This document shows, piece after piece, positions 60,835-64,000 of a stretch of 64,000 bases of DNA. Made by a program: the position numbers and the translations under genes. This DNA is from Hemiscyllium ocellatum (lineage: Eukaryota). The notes under the pieces were generated by a model. That model was not told the DNA's origin, searched no databases, and was given only the letters and a program-made list of their open reading frames with translations. The stretch's first letter is position 1. Every line of letters begins with the position of its first letter. The stretch lies in contig NC_083435.1 of assembly GCF_020745735.1 (NCBI RefSeq), positions 24,179,231 to 24,243,230 on the forward strand. Direction: 5' to 3'.

Positions 60835-63349
60835 CTTCCCCTGAGCCTGGCTGAATGGAGATGAGGGTAACATTCTTTAAATTGCCTATTACCTTCTATA
60901 CAACTTCCACAGATTATTGCAATGTTTTTAATTTTGTTCTAGTCGTTCAATCTGTTCATCACAGATAACACAGAATGAGTTGGGCTCTTGTGAGGCAATG
61001 GTAATATCCCAGAATGCTCAGCTGCTCCATAGGTTTCACAATATATCCATACACCCTGATTCAAAAGTATCTCTCTATCACGAGTGGGCCGTGACCATTC
61101 CAATATCTCTCTGTCACGAGTGGACCGTGACCATTTGAATATTTCTCTTTTATGTCCTTCCTCTTTGTAATTCACTAATTATCTGATTGTTGATTGGAAC
61201 GTAACTGAATTCTGACCATGAATAATAGTAATGATCGTTGGCTGATCAATGTCTTTATTAGCCCTATATATTTCTTCATTCCTCGCTTTCTGATTAATTT
61301 ACAAACTCATTTTCTCTGTTTTGGTGACAGCAAATGTTGTATTTCTGTGATACACTTGCAATGCTCTTATCAAGTATATTCCCAGTAAGTTACCAGAATT
61401 ATTTTTCATTTGAACTTGACCTGACCACATGTACACTATTTCAAGAAAATTAAAAATGGACTGTTTCTGGCTGGTGTGAGGCCCTGAGTTAACCATCTCC
61501 CAAATCAACCTTCTCCTTCACAATGGTATAATGTGGCAGTAGGGGACTGTTGGTGTGTGACCCACTGTGTGAACCCTGGACCAGGAGGGGGAGAAAACCC
61601 AGTTGGGAGGGAAACCCACTTCCTACACCTTCTTTTGTATGAATTCCATCAACAGCAGCTCAGAGAGTGCACCACCAAAGGAGAATGTCAACTCAGTGTC
61701 ACTTAAACCCAACTCCTTATTGAATCTTCTCCCCCTCCCTGATGACCCAGATCTGAGCCTCAGGCTGTCCCCTTCCAGCTCTGCTTCTTAAGCACAAAGA
61801 CAAGAAAGATTTTTAGTTCGCTCTGCACCTTCACACATTTCATTAGTTATTTTTATCAATTACTCAATTTGTAACAAGCTATCAATGTAATGCTTTGTCT
61901 AGTTTGATTGCTGAGTAAGTTGGGAATGTTTACTTCATACATTAACATGATATAAAATTAAAGTTTAAAATTGTGCTAAACGAGACCTCAAGCAGCTGCC
62001 TCTGGGTTTCTTGCTGTTGGAGAATGAGGAGCTCTGATGGCTTTTTGCAGGATGGACAAACAGGTTGTTGTGCTCCAGGAGAAAATGACAAGGGTTGACA
62101 ATGCTCAGCGTGTCTCTCAGTATCTGTGCAGGGAGAAGCAAGACCCTTCTTCAGGATTGGTGCAGATGTTGAACCTGAGACCTTGACTGTCTTTTTCTCA
62201 TTACAGATACTGCCTGACCTGCTGGGGATTTCCAGAGTTTTGAATTTATATTTCAGAATTCCAGTATCTGCAATAATTTGCTGTCCTATTCTATGTCCCT
62301 GTGGCATTTGTAAATCTGATTTGTTCAAATCGAAGTTGGAGTGAGACTGGGACAATTAAAACGATGTGACTGGAAGTTCAGGATTATGTCTGTAGAATAG
62401 AAAAGTGTTTTTTTACAAATTGTGTTTAGAGAGATGCAGCATTATCAACGATGGCAGTGCGGTGGCTTGAAAGAAGTACATTAACTCCATTGTGTGGGTA
62501 TAAATGGTGGAAGACGGACAATACCACCACCAACTGTCCACCGCCGGTAATGCAGGAGATGAACAAACACATGGAGTCCCGTTGTTCGGCAGCAGGTGGT
62601 AGTGTTGCTCCATCAAGAAGATTTTGTGGCCCATAGTCTGGGGCCCTCTGAAACCTGCAACCCATTCTAAAAAATTGCACAACACCAGGTTATCGTCTAA
62701 CAGGTATATTTGGAAAAATTAAACTGGCCAATTAAACAGTCTGAATAAAGAAAACAGTTATTATAGTTGTTCTTTGATCATTTTTGACTCGCCCAAAACC
62801 ACAAGCCTGACTCTGCACTGCTTCATTCAGGAATTCAATTGTTTGCAAAGATTAAAATAAACTGGATGAAATAAGTTATTTTATTGTCAACTGAATAAAA
62901 TTCATTCCTTTTCAGTAACAAAGAGGACATAGAAAATTGACTGTGAATCTTATGGAAGGTTTAACTAATTGCAGCTATTTAGGATTTGTTGCCTGGAATT
63001 GGAATTTTGAAGAATTGCTGTCAGATTGTTTTGCACAATGATTTCCGAGGGTAACAAGATAACATTGTCACAGGTCACATATTGTCCACTTATTGGTCAC
63101 TTGTGACATCATTTATAATCTGCAAACTAATTTGGAGAAAACATAAGATTTGTGAAATGCTAATGTTTGAATAGCCCTGTACAAATGTTCAAATTATGAT
63201 TTACCTGTCTGTATTACACAGAAGACTGTTACAGTTTCTATTTACTTCAACAGTTAGCTATTGATTTCCTTTTGACATTCATACACAATGATTAAACAAC
63301 ACAACTGTATTCTATCTCCAAGTAACAATAGAAAATAATACAAATTCAC

Positions 63350-63570
63350 ATCAAGCTTGGAATGAGCTGCCAGAGGAATTGGTGGTGATGGTACAATTAC
63401 AACAGTTAAGAGGCATTTGGATGGGTATATGAATAGGAAGGGTTTGGAGGGATATGGGCTGGGTGCTGGCAGGTGGGACTAGATTGGGTTGGGATATCTG
63501 GTCGACATGGACGGGTTGGACCGAAGATCTGCTTCCGTGCTGTACATCTCGATGACTCTATGATTCTATA
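63350..63570 (+). mobile_element. CR1 3' tail
   Basis: tggaatgagctgccagagg..atgggctgggtgctggcaggtgggactagattgggttggg tail shared with 16245-16730. Confidence 0.85.
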
Positions 63571-63574
63571 AGCC

Positions 63575-64000
63575 AGTCAGCATTAGTAAAGACAAGAGAG
63601 TTTAAATATGTTGTTAATAGTATTTTACTTTTTCAGTCATCAGTTACAAAAGACAATATCCTTTTTCTCTTTTTGTTCTGCTTGCAATTCTAATGCAAAC
63701 TGTTTCATTTCCTTTTCATATTCAAGCTGTTCAAATTCTTTTTCTCTTTGTCTACTGCAATTCTCTCTCTCTTTTACTGTTGGATCTATTATTAGATGCT
63801 TCATGTGCAATTGAAGTTTAACCGTTTCCAACGATTCTGAGAGCATCTACATTTGCCAGAAATGCAGAGCTTTCACTGCCATTATCTCCCACTGTCCTCA
63901 CACCTGCAGGTAACTGTAGCTCATCTGCCAACTCCAAAAGCTTTCCATTATTCACCATCTGCAATCCACCCCAAGGGACTACTTGCCCCACAGCCCAGAA
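63575..64000 (-). mobile_element. Possible Gypsy gag N-terminal remnant
   Basis: Coiled-coil-like REKEFEQLEYEKEMKQFALELQAEQKE (63640-63846). Confidence 0.4.

Overview
Eukaryotic genomic DNA, almost certainly from a shark or other elasmobranch. This is inferred from the V-SINE/CR1/Penelope repeat complement and the shark-type class I exons. The window is part of a tandem, birth-and-death cluster of non-classical MHC class I heavy-chain genes. It holds (A) the 3' end of one gene: TM exon, two cytoplasmic exons and a 3'UTR exon (248-~3165). It also holds (B) one complete open gene on +: leader 14354-14405, alpha1 15619-15879, alpha2 28309-28584, alpha3 28702-28980 and TM 29203-29310. Several inverted remnants are present: two dead promoter/leader exons, two orphan terminal exons and an alpha2 fragment. 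Gene B is unusual in three ways. It lacks Cys101 of the alpha2 disulfide, a change shared with the paralogous alpha2 fragment. It keeps the C-terminal peptide-anchor residues but has a remodelled N-terminal pocket. Its cytoplasmic exons are deleted and replaced by a Penelope element containing a young, internally deleted tRNA-Pro-primed endogenous retrovirus, which predicts an almost tail-less or LTR-tailed molecule. About 9 kb downstream of A is duplicated downstream of B. The rest is mostly CR1/L2, Tx1, Gypsy, V-SINE and Penelope fragments, several with minimal hammerhead ribozyme motifs. All alignments and counts were done by eye.
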